This document shows, piece after piece, positions 24,082 through 32,000 of a stretch of 32,000 nucleotides of DNA. The notes below the pieces were generated by a model. The model was not told where the DNA came from, did not search any database, and saw nothing but the letters and a program-made list of their open reading frames with translations. The number at the start of each line of letters is the position of its first letter. Position 1 is the stretch's first letter. Origin of the DNA: Vibrio vulnificus CMCP6 (GTDB lineage: Bacteria > Pseudomonadota > Gammaproteobacteria > Enterobacterales > Vibrionaceae); contig NC_004460.2 in NCBI RefSeq assembly GCF_000039765.1, positions 660,001-692,000 of the forward strand. The letters are read 5' to 3'. A program made the position numbers and the translations under genes.

Positions 24082-24821
24082 AACCATTATCATGGCTAAT
24101 GAGCGTGCTTATCGCCACTCTTAGCCCTTTCGCATTAGCAAGCAATGTACAAAAGGCCACGTTTCCCTTTGCGGACGGCGACACCATTCCCGTGAGTTTA
24201 TCGTCTGTGAACATCAACCGCCTCGTGGTCGAAGACGATAAAATCCTTAACATCACCTGCCCTCACGGTTTTTGTACCACTAACGGTATCCAAAAAGATA
24301 AAACGGGCTCGGTGTCTCTAAAGCTGAATGTTGCGCTCCCTTTTACCGCCCACGTTCTCACTCAAAAAGGGCGTCTTTTCGCACTGTTCATTACCCCAAA
24401 AGCCACGCCAGGCATCGTCACTGCGTTTACACCAACCGACCGTCACCTATCTCAACCTTCCGTATTTGAGCGCGGCTTTGATTACCCAGCGGCCATCGCT
24501 AACTTCACCAAAGCCATGATGACATGGAAAGAAAAAGGCACACCGATTTCAGGATTTAGCCTTCATCCGGTAGACCCTAATACCCTGCCTAAGAAGGACT
24601 CCTTACTGCCCGTCACTCCGCAAACCGTGTTCGTGGGCCGGGATTATTCGGGCATCATTTACGAGGTGAAGAACAAATCCAGTGACACCGTCACACTCAC
24701 AACCACACAGTTCTACAGTTACGCCGCTCGAAGCGCGGCGCTGGATACATTTGAACTCGGCCCAAATCAAACCACGCACTTGTATGTAGTGACAGGAGGA
24801 GGAGTGAATCATGCTCGATAA
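24078..24821 (+). CDS. traK: Type-F conjugative transfer protein TraK (secretin-like core component)
   Basis: Signal peptide, ~245 aa. The call rests on the ATGA overlap with traE, the gene-order position and TraK-like size. Similarity to recalled F TraK is weak. Confidence 0.75.
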   Translation: MKPLSWLMSVLIATLSPFALASNVQKATFPFADGDTIPVSLSSVNINRLVVEDDKILNITCPHGFCTTNGIQKDKTGSVSLKLNVALPFTAHVLTQKGRLFALFITPKATPGIVTAFTPTDRHLSQPSVFERGFDYPAAIANFTKAMMTWKEKGTPISGFSLHPVDPNTLPKKDSLLPVTPQTVFVGRDYSGIIYEVKNKSSDTVTLTTTQFYSYAARSAALDTFELGPNQTTHLYVVTGGGVNHAR

Positions 24822-26292
24822 CTGGAGAAAACGCCTTTTTAGTGACACAGATGGCGACTTTGAGCAAGGTGGCGAGATTAATCAGCGCACCGCATCAAGA
24901 AACAACACCGTCACCATTATCGCCGTCTCTGCCCTGCTCCTTGCCGCACTAGCATTGTATAAATACACTAGGCCGCCTCCCCCTACACAAAAAGAAAGCC
25001 ATCAAGAACCTGTCGAATTTGGTGCCATCATTGAGCAAGATTTTGTCGAAACAGACAACCAATCGGCGCTCTCCCTACAGCAAAAAACGCTGTCTGCCCT
25101 AGAAAAGCAAATAGCGGATTTGACCAAATCTATGCGCACTCATAAAGAAGAGACCGAGCGTAAAATCGAGCAAGCAAAAGAGAAGACCGCTCGCTTAGTT
25201 GAGGAACAAGTACGTGAAGAGTTTCGAAATAAAGAAGCGCAGCTTCAATCCCGTATTGATGAACTCGAACATAACACTTCGGAGTTAGTCAATACCGAAC
25301 CATACAGCACCATCCACACCCAAAGGCCGATGAATAGCTCAGAAACATTTGGACAGCACAAGCTTCCGCCTAGACCTATTGCCTCCTCTAACAACAACCC
25401 CGATATGGCGCAGATGCAATATCAGCCCTCAGAGCAAATCCCTTTCAATCGCAATGAGTTTGATAGCTTTAATTTCTTTTGGGAAAGCGATGAAACAACC
25501 TATCACCGCACCACTGAGAACTATGTGCCAACTGGAACCTTTGTCACCGCAGTGGTGACAGGAGGCGCTGACACCAATGCCGGAGTGCTTGGCCAAGGAG
25601 ACACGACCCCCGTGGTCTTTCAAACCATTCATGAAGGTATCTTACCCAATGGGGAAAAATCCAAGCTCAGCAACTGCACCATTACAGGTTCATCCTACGG
25701 TGAGATATCGTCAAGCCGCGGCATTATCCGCACTAACCGCTTGAGCTGTATCCAAGACGAAGGGCATATCTTAGACGTCGCCATCAAAGGAACGGCGTTT
25801 AACTTTGGACGCAACGGCATACGTGGCACCACCATCTTAAAAAATGGTGAGATTGTTCAAATGGCGGGGATTGCCGGTATTTTGAATGGCATCGGCGAGA
25901 CAGGTCAAGCGCTCTCACAAACCACCTCCACCTCAGCATTCGGTACAACCTCAAGCATCAACAGCCAAGATGCAGCGTTGAACTTACTCGGCAATGCTAC
26001 CTCAAGTGTGGGAGAAAAACTCTCCGATTACTACATTGGTCTTGCAGAGCTCTATCACCCCATCGTGGAAATCAACCCAGGTGCCGTTGTCAATATTGTC
26101 TTCTTAGAAGGATTCCCGCTGGATCCTCTTATGGCCGAAGAGTACGAACGCCAGCAATTGGCAGAGCAAAGCATGTCGAGTCAATCGAATCAAATCCTCG
26201 ATGTGATCACTAATGCCCCCCTTAATCCATTGGCGAAAGAGTTGTCTACACAAGGCATTGAGGTTCCCCCAACTCCATTTGGCCGCAAATAA
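24811..26292 (+). CDS. traB: Type-F conjugative transfer protein TraB (VirB10-like)
   Basis: 493 aa. N-terminal TM segment, coiled coil, proline-containing linker, and a C-terminal beta-rich domain (GTFVTAVVTGGADTNAGV...). Size and position match F TraB. Confidence 0.8.
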   Translation: MLDNWRKRLFSDTDGDFEQGGEINQRTASRNNTVTIIAVSALLLAALALYKYTRPPPPTQKESHQEPVEFGAIIEQDFVETDNQSALSLQQKTLSALEKQIADLTKSMRTHKEETERKIEQAKEKTARLVEEQVREEFRNKEAQLQSRIDELEHNTSELVNTEPYSTIHTQRPMNSSETFGQHKLPPRPIASSNNNPDMAQMQYQPSEQIPFNRNEFDSFNFFWESDETTYHRTTENYVPTGTFVTAVVTGGADTNAGVLGQGDTTPVVFQTIHEGILPNGEKSKLSNCTITGSSYGEISSSRGIIRTNRLSCIQDEGHILDVAIKGTAFNFGRNGIRGTTILKNGEIVQMAGIAGILNGIGETGQALSQTTSTSAFGTTSSINSQDAALNLLGNATSSVGEKLSDYYIGLAELYHPIVEINPGAVVNIVFLEGFPLDPLMAEEYERQQLAEQSMSSQSNQILDVITNAPLNPLAKELSTQGIEVPPTPFGRK

Positions 26293-26298
26293 AGGAAT

Positions 26299-26691
26299 AT
26301 GAGTATGTTTAAATTCTCATCAATGCTCTTTGCTGCACTGCTCTTAACAGGCTGCGCAGCAGGTCTCGGCGAAGATTATAGCTGCACGAAAGTTGGCGGC
26401 GTACCAGGCTGCACCACCATGGACGAAGCCCGTCGAAATATAGAACTCTACGCCAGCTCAGAAAACCAAACTTCCACTGAACAAACTCATCGTGTTCCAA
26501 CAGATTTTATGACCTTACCGAGACGCACACGACAAGGTGAGCCAACACGAACGAATGATGTAGTGAAAAAAGTCACCGTTTTTCCTTTTATTGATAAAAA
26601 CGGTCATTACATTGATACCACAGATATCTATGTCATCCTCGATGACAGCCGTTGGACAGGTAGCCCAGTGCGCGCCATTTGGAAGGACTGA
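26299..26691 (+). CDS. traV: Type-F conjugative transfer lipoprotein TraV
   Basis: Lipobox LLTGCAAG. YSCTKVGGVPGCTTMDEA matches F TraV FECNATTSDTCMTMEQA. The C-terminus PFIDKNGHY...VILDDSRW resembles APYIDNQDVYH...FVIKPSAW. Confidence 0.85.
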   Translation: MSMFKFSSMLFAALLLTGCAAGLGEDYSCTKVGGVPGCTTMDEARRNIELYASSENQTSTEQTHRVPTDFMTLPRRTRQGEPTRTNDVVKKVTVFPFIDKNGHYIDTTDIYVILDDSRWTGSPVRAIWKD

Positions 26692-26693
26692 TT

Positions 26694-28993
26694 ATGTTCA
26701 GAAACTTTTTTTCAAAGCCCAAAACGGGTACGTTGGGGGCATTTTATCAAGACGTCAAAAAGCATCAAAATCATTTCCATCATGAGCTCCCTTATCGCAC
26801 CTTCGACAATAACACCAAGATTTTCCTAAATCGAGCGGCCCATGGCATTGGGTTTAAGCTCAACATCTTAGGCGGTGCTAACGATGAGCTCATTCATTCC
26901 CTCAATAAGTTAGTGTGCGAATTTCCTCAAGGGGATAAATGGGATTACCAACTGTCGCTTCTTGGCCACAACAAAGTGGCGCATTATATTGAGGCCAATC
27001 AAGCGCTCATGAGCAAGCGTGGAGGCATTTGCGAAACCCTCGCCGCCAAAGAGGCGCAATATTCGCAATTCGCAGCCACACAAGGATTTTTCCACAAACA
27101 GCGTCACCATTTTGATCTCCGTGATTACGAAGCGTATTTCTTTGTCTCCACCACGACAAAAGACGATGAATCGCTGTGCGACTTACGAGCAACCATTGAA
27201 ACGGCCTTCACCCAGCTTGGCATTGATACTCAAAGGCTGACACCAGAGGGGCTTATTACCTTTACTGGCGACATCTTAAACTTTGATGCGATGCAAGCGC
27301 GCCCTATCAAGCGCCCCTACAACCGTTATGACCCCATCAATCAACAAGTGATGTCGAGTGATACTGAGCTGCTTATTCATCGCAACCATATCGCCACTCG
27401 TCACACTAACCATGAGGGTATAGAGACACGCACACGAACGGTCTGTATGGGACTCGCCCGAACCCCAAGCGACTTTCGGCTCTACGCGCTACCTGAGTGT
27501 TTTGCATCGATCCGCAATATCGCCAGGCATGTCACGTGTCCCCACGTCCTGACTTTAAACTTTCGTCAAGAAGTAACGGGAAACTTTGAGCATGACAATA
27601 ACCGCAAGATTTCAGACCTCACCAAAACGGTCGGCTCGTCTCTGGCTATGATTATGCCAACGGCCAAAGATGAACTGGAAGAGCGTAAAGGGTTGCAAAA
27701 AGGACTCAGTGACAAAGAGTTTACCATCAGCTCAATGGTGCTCAATTTAACTCTGTTTACCAATCAAACTCATCAGCGTCGTGATGTTCAGGCGGCTCTG
27801 GCGCAGGAAAAAGCTTCTTCGTGCAAAGCATGGCCAAGTCGGTTTATGCGTATGGGGGTAAATGTTGGATTTTAGATAAAGGCGCCAGTTACAAAAAGCT
27901 CACGCTTATGCTCGGAGGCTCCTACCTCGATCACCGAAACATCTACCTCAATCCATTCACTCACCTTGGTAAAGTGATGGACAGCGCAAAACAAGCCAAA
28001 GAAACCCTGCAATTTGTCAACGACGATGGGCAACATGAAAACGTAGATCCCATCAAAGAAGCACTCAGTAACATTACCGCGCTGTTCGCCACTATCGCCT
28101 CGCCTTATCAAGAGCTAGAAAGCTACCAGATGGCGGTCCTTGGTGATGCCATCATTCGCGCTTGGGAGCGAAAACACACCAAAACCTTGGTGGACGATGT
28201 TCAAACGGCCTTGTTCGAGCTGTCAAAAGAGTATAACGATGATCGCCGTATCCATGATATCGCCGTGCAGTTGAACAAATATTGCAGCAACGGTATTTAT
28301 GGCGACACCTTTAATAAACCGTCCATGCTCGACCCAACCATCGACATCACCACCTTAGAGCTCGATGGTTTCAACGAAGACGTTCTGCGTCCCGTCATTT
28401 TTGCACTGATTGTCTCTATCAACCAACAGATGTACCTGTCTGGCTCTCGCTCTACGCCTAAGATGTGCATCATTGAAGAAGCCTGGAGCTTGATGAGTGG
28501 CGCTAACGCTCAGACCCGAACCTTCATCAATACCGGTTATCGCACAGCGCGTAAGTTTGGTGGCTCATTTTGCACCGTTACTCAAGGCATTATCGACTTT
28601 TTTGCCAATGAAGAAGCCCGGGCCAGTTACGATAACAGCGATATCCATATGGTACTGAGACAAGGTGACGGCTTCGATAAGTTCTTAACCGACAACCCGA
28701 AAGCGTTCAGTGAGATGGAAGAGCGGATCATTAAAAGTTTTCCGCGAGCCAGTGACGCAGGTTACAGCTGTGTTCGCGTCAAAGCCGGTGGGCATACCTC
28801 GTATCACCGCATGTTTTCTGACCCTTTTTCACGCGCCTGTTTAAGCACCGAACCTCATGAGTTTGAGTTCTGCGAAAACCTGATGAATAAAGGCATGCCG
28901 CTCATGGAGGCCATTAACGCCACCGCGGAGCACTTTTACGGTAAGGAAATTGCCGAATTTGAACACGCGCTCAAAGCTAAGGAGGCCGCATGA
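26694..28993 (+). pseudogene. traC: traC (VirB4-family conjugative ATPase), split into two frames immediately before the Walker A box
   Basis: The N-terminal part runs in frame 1 to 27875. The Walker A box, GGSGAGKSFFVQ, is encoded in another frame from 27791, after an in-frame TGA at 27782-27784. Downstream motifs are IIEEAW (Walker B-like), GYRTARKFGG and ITQ. The start is taken at ATG 26694, behind AAGGA. Confidence 0.8.
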
Positions 28994-29334
28994 AGCAGCC
29001 ATTGTCAATGATTGCGATGATGGTGAGCATCAGCGCTCTTTCGACGCTGACGGCTCACACCTTTCTCAGTCAACCCTCGCCCACTTTCGTCAGTGTTGAT
29101 GTCAAAAGCACCCTCAATGCCTACCACCAAGCGCTCATTAAAAAAGAGATGAGTCTTGAAGAGCAAACCAAGCGATTAACGCAGTTTGCCGGCATTATGC
29201 ACGAAGAAATCGAGGCGTATAACGCGCAGCACAACACCATTGCGTTAGTCAGTGCGGCTGTCGTCGGCGGGGCAGTGGATGTGACCCCTCAGATACAAAG
29301 GGCCATCATCGAACACTACCAAGACAAGGAATGA
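28990..29334 (+). CDS. trbI: Type-F conjugative transfer protein TrbI
   Basis: PTFVSVDVKSTLNAYHQAL...HNTIALVSAAVVGGAVDVTPQIQRAI is collinear with recalled F TrbI (VTVAFNMKQTVDAFFDSA...HHAVILVSPAVVQGAPDITREIQQDI). Confidence 0.75.
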   Translation: MKQPLSMIAMMVSISALSTLTAHTFLSQPSPTFVSVDVKSTLNAYHQALIKKEMSLEEQTKRLTQFAGIMHEEIEAYNAQHNTIALVSAAVVGGAVDVTPQIQRAIIEHYQDKE

Positions 29335-29336
29335 CC

Positions 29337-30011
29337 ATGAAAAAAATGACGGCGCTCGCCCTCTGGGGCGTAGCGCTCTTATTTCAGCCCCATGTTGGAG
29401 CCAAAGATTTAGGTCGTATCGGGGCGACTTTCCCTATCGGTGAAATCGATATGCTGGTCTGGATAGAGCAGCGTTTAAAGGGGTTTGAACAATCGGGCAA
29501 ACTGGCGGATATGCAGCAAGAGTTTGCTCAAAGAGTCGCTGAGAGTGTTGAGACCCCGCCACCGCTCTCACTCACCACTACCACCACCCCCGACACGTTT
29601 TTGGTTGACCCTAGTTTAACGCTGGCTAAGGACTTAACCGATGCCAAGGGCCAAGTCTTTGCGAAAGCAGGGACACGCATTAATCCCTTCGATACAACCA
29701 CTTGGCCAGAGCACAGTCGTCCCCCAAACCAATTTGAGTACTCCCATGTTTTGATCTTCTTTGATGCACGCGATGAGCAGCAATTGGCCTTTGCTCAGAC
29801 CTTTCAATCCAATAAACCCATCAAATGGATACTGACAGGAGGTAGCCCCAATCAAGCCTCAGAGCATCTCAACAGTCGCATTTACTTTGACCAACAAGGG
29901 GATTTATCCCAAAAGATGCACATTAAAGCAGTACCAAGCTTGGTTGAGCAATCGGGTATTCACTGGAAAGTGACGGAGTTTGACGTCAGCAACGAGGAGC
30001 CCAAACCATGA
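29337..30011 (+). CDS. traW: Type-F conjugative transfer protein TraW
   Basis: KDLGRIGATFPIGEIDMLVWIEQRLKGFEQSGKL...FLVDPSLTLAKDLTDAKGQVFAKAGTRINPF...RIYFDQQG is collinear with F TraW (DLGTWGDLWPVKEPDML..IMQRL..LEQSGEM...LFDPSVRLAADIRDNEGRVFARQGEVMNPL...RVYFDQNG). An alternative start is at 29331. Confidence 0.85.
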   Translation: MKKMTALALWGVALLFQPHVGAKDLGRIGATFPIGEIDMLVWIEQRLKGFEQSGKLADMQQEFAQRVAESVETPPPLSLTTTTTPDTFLVDPSLTLAKDLTDAKGQVFAKAGTRINPFDTTTWPEHSRPPNQFEYSHVLIFFDARDEQQLAFAQTFQSNKPIKWILTGGSPNQASEHLNSRIYFDQQGDLSQKMHIKAVPSLVEQSGIHWKVTEFDVSNEEPKP

Positions 30012-31015
30012 TAAACCGTCTCGGCTTAATATTGATGCTATTAGGAACCTTACTTTCAAGCTCTATTGCTCAAGCAAAAGCAACGTGCTCAGGGCACTTT
30101 ATTAACCCTATCAGTGATATTTGCTGGAGTTGCATGTTTCCGATGACCGTAGGCTCTGTGCCTGTCATTCCCTCAAATTATCCTGACACTCGCAACCCGA
30201 CGATGCCTATCTCATACTGCCCCAAACCTCCCCCTATTTTCGTACAGATTGGCTTGAACATTGGCTACTGGGAGCCGTATGCATTGACCGATGTTACGAG
30301 AGTACCTTACTGCATGGTCAATATGGGAATGGAGTTAAGTGGCGCAAACATGCAAAAGTTAGGAGGTCGCACGACAGCAAGGGAATCAGCCAGCAGCGAC
30401 GGGGGGGTTTATCATGCTCATTGGTACAAGTACCCGGTAATCTATTGGTTGCAATTAATGCAATCTACGGCCTGTATGGCAACTGATGCCTTTGATGTCG
30501 CGTATTTAACGGAGCTCGATCCGCTTTGGGATGATGATGAACTTTCTTTCATCTTAAACCCTGAAGCCATTTTATTTGGCAACCCCATCGCGCAGCTCGC
30601 CTGTGTCCCCGAAGCCATTGCGACCACCACTAACTCAGTATTACCTTTTGACGCTTTATTTTGGTGTTTAGGCTCTCAAGGCAGCGCCTATCCGTTAACA
30701 GGCAATACCAACTACCGAGATACACCAGTCCAAGCGGGTACACTCATCATGGAAAGGTTGAATTACAAACTGCACAGGCAAGGCATTGTGTGGGAAACAC
30801 TCGGGGAAGATGGCGCAATTTGTTATCAATACCCAACGCCTATTTTACCCAAATCTCGTTACCGCTATCAGATGAGCGCCCCGATCCCCGATGCAGGATG
30901 GTGCCACCCTTACACCACTACAACAGCTATATGGGAAATGGGACACGATAACCCGACTACTGGGGATAACTTTGGTTATGTCCAATGGCGTAAACGTAAC
31001 TGCGTATTTCTATAG
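30008..31015 (+). CDS. traU: Type-F conjugative transfer protein TraU
   Basis: Signal peptide, then CSGHFINPISDICWSCMFPMTVG, the hallmark TraU motif (G.F.NPITDICWSC.FP). 335 aa, with an ATGA overlap with traW. Confidence 0.9.
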   Translation: MINRLGLILMLLGTLLSSSIAQAKATCSGHFINPISDICWSCMFPMTVGSVPVIPSNYPDTRNPTMPISYCPKPPPIFVQIGLNIGYWEPYALTDVTRVPYCMVNMGMELSGANMQKLGGRTTARESASSDGGVYHAHWYKYPVIYWLQLMQSTACMATDAFDVAYLTELDPLWDDDELSFILNPEAILFGNPIAQLACVPEAIATTTNSVLPFDALFWCLGSQGSAYPLTGNTNYRDTPVQAGTLIMERLNYKLHRQGIVWETLGEDGAICYQYPTPILPKSRYRYQMSAPIPDAGWCHPYTTTTAIWEMGHDNPTTGDNFGYVQWRKRNCVFL

Positions 31016-31389
31016 CAAGGAATCTCTCATGGCGTTACCAAGCTGGATAAAAGCACTTCTAAAAGCGTTAGTGTTACCGCAATCATTTTAACGTTCGTCG
31101 CCGCTGGTCAGGCGTCACAGTACATCACTTCATCAAAAGAGCTTCGATTTGAGGCAATCGCTCACGGGAAGCTCACGCACCCTGAGCAAAGCGAACTGGT
31201 ATAGAAATATGTGTCCATCTGTCTCAACGGAAAAGCCATTGGTGCTCATGATCTTATGCAAGAAATGCAGTGCATCGATAACCAATTAAGCACACTAGCT
31301 TGGGCACTCTCTCTTATTGAATAACGCTCGCTTTTGGCTGCGATAACGAGCGAAGCTCTTGTTGAGACAAAAGGAGTACCACGTCAAGC

Positions 31390-31602
31390 GTGGATAACAT
31401 CACTACAAAAAGGTTAACCATGATTCTATTGATTACCGAGGAAGTCAATGCGGCATCTCAAAACACTGACATCGATATCGTTAATTTTAAAATTGTTGAA
31501 GGCGAGCCAACACTAAACGACGTTACTCAGCTTCTCAACCAAGAGTTAGAGTATGTATTCACCCCTTCTTACTCACAAGAAGATAAAACAGGGCGGTTTT
31601 AA
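31390..31602 (+). CDS. Hypothetical small protein (weak call)
   Basis: ORF only. An internal ATG at 31420 is possible. No motif recognised. Confidence 0.25.
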   Translation: MDNITTKRLTMILLITEEVNAASQNTDIDIVNFKIVEGEPTLNDVTQLLNQELEYVFTPSYSQEDKTGRF

Positions 31603-31654
31603 AGCCTGCCCTACGAATGCATTAAAGGGATGCACTTTAACGTAGAGGAGCACA

Positions 31655-31894
31655 ATGAACTTCATCACTGATACAGATTGCGAACAAGCCCGAAAACTCC
31701 TCCTTAAACATAAATTCAGCCTAATGAAACTTCAGCACCCTGACGGCCATCAACTTGCCTGCTTCCCTCCCCCGCGACAAGGTTGGACACCTTACGATTT
31801 ATGGCAAATGCGACAACAATTCCCCCCTCAATGGGAAAACACAGCGGTTCTTGCTTACTTACGCGATACGCCTATAGGGGGAACCCAAATTTAA
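31655..31894 (+). CDS. Hypothetical small protein (79 aa)
   Basis: ORF preceded by GAGGAG. No recognisable family. Confidence 0.4.
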   Translation: MNFITDTDCEQARKLLLKHKFSLMKLQHPDGHQLACFPPPRQGWTPYDLWQMRQQFPPQWENTAVLAYLRDTPIGGTQI

Positions 31895-31903
31895 GGAAAT
31901 CCC

Positions 31904-32000
31904 ATGATATACATGCGATCATGTTTAATCGGGTTATTGACCCTGTTTTATAGTCATTTTGCTCTGGCAAACATCGGTTATACTCAAAACGAGCTCAAAG
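31904..32000 (+). CDS. 5' end of a secreted protein gene (possibly the next tra gene, such as trbC or traN; not determinable from 32 codons)
   Basis: AAGGAA lies before ATG 31904. The signal-peptide-like sequence is MIYMRSCLIGLLTLFYSHFALA. The frame stays open to the window end. Confidence 0.4.
   Translation, partial: MIYMRSCLIGLLTLFYSHFALANIGYTQNELK

Noticed and set aside
1-32000. Search for CRISPR arrays, tRNA, rRNA and tmRNA genes, and integron attC/VCR repeats
   Set aside because: I saw no regularly spaced direct repeats with unique spacers, no cloverleaf-like tRNA segment (for example a GGTTCGAATCC-type T-arm), no rRNA-like sequence and no VCR-type repeat. Absence by eye is not proof. 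tRNAscan-SE, Infernal and CRISPRCasFinder would settle it.

Overview
The window looks like a Vibrio-type gammaproteobacterial chromosome. This assignment rests on gene content, terminator style and an ERIC-like repeat, and cannot be verified here. All family calls come from motifs and collinearity with sequences I recall. No searches were run.

The window falls into three blocks:

- Block 1 (1-11.4 kb): ordinary core and accessory genes.
  - The 3' end of an MBL-fold hydrolase gene.
  - A low-GC gene for a secreted hypothetical protein.
  - A CDF metal exporter plus MarR operon, preceded by three palindromic operator-like sites.
  - Two VOC/glyoxalase genes, and rhlE.
  - A catB-type acetyltransferase gene co-oriented with a lipoprotein gene.
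  - Two GNAT genes.
  - A secreted sphingomyelinase-like EEP enzyme, translationally coupled to a membrane-anchored, Lif-like helical protein.
  - An ERIC-like repeat, and rnk.
- Block 2 (11.4-21.1 kb): an accessory island of about 9.7 kb, bracketed by an imperfect direct repeat (a terminator hairpin plus about 50 bp).
  - A SpoU/TrmH methyltransferase gene.
  - A decayed IS3-family element interrupted by a decayed IS30-family element.
  - A BacNav-like voltage-gated channel homologue.
  - A tightly packed five-gene minus-strand cassette, convergent with the channel gene. It is headed by a WYL (BrxR/CapW-type) regulator, followed by a TM coiled-coil protein, a TerB-like protein, an MGLFS-initiated coiled-coil protein, and an HNH nuclease fused to a hydrophobic helical domain.
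  - I cannot match this cassette to any named system. It is my best candidate for an undescribed defence or abortive-infection system.
- Block 3 (21.1-32 kb): only the 3' end of guaC, abutting about 1 kb of AT-rich non-coding DNA, then an F-type (MPF-F) transfer operon, traA-L-E-K-B-V-C-trbI-W-U.
  - traC is disrupted at its Walker A box.
  - The segment after traU is decayed.

I recognised no rRNA, tRNA or CRISPR array.
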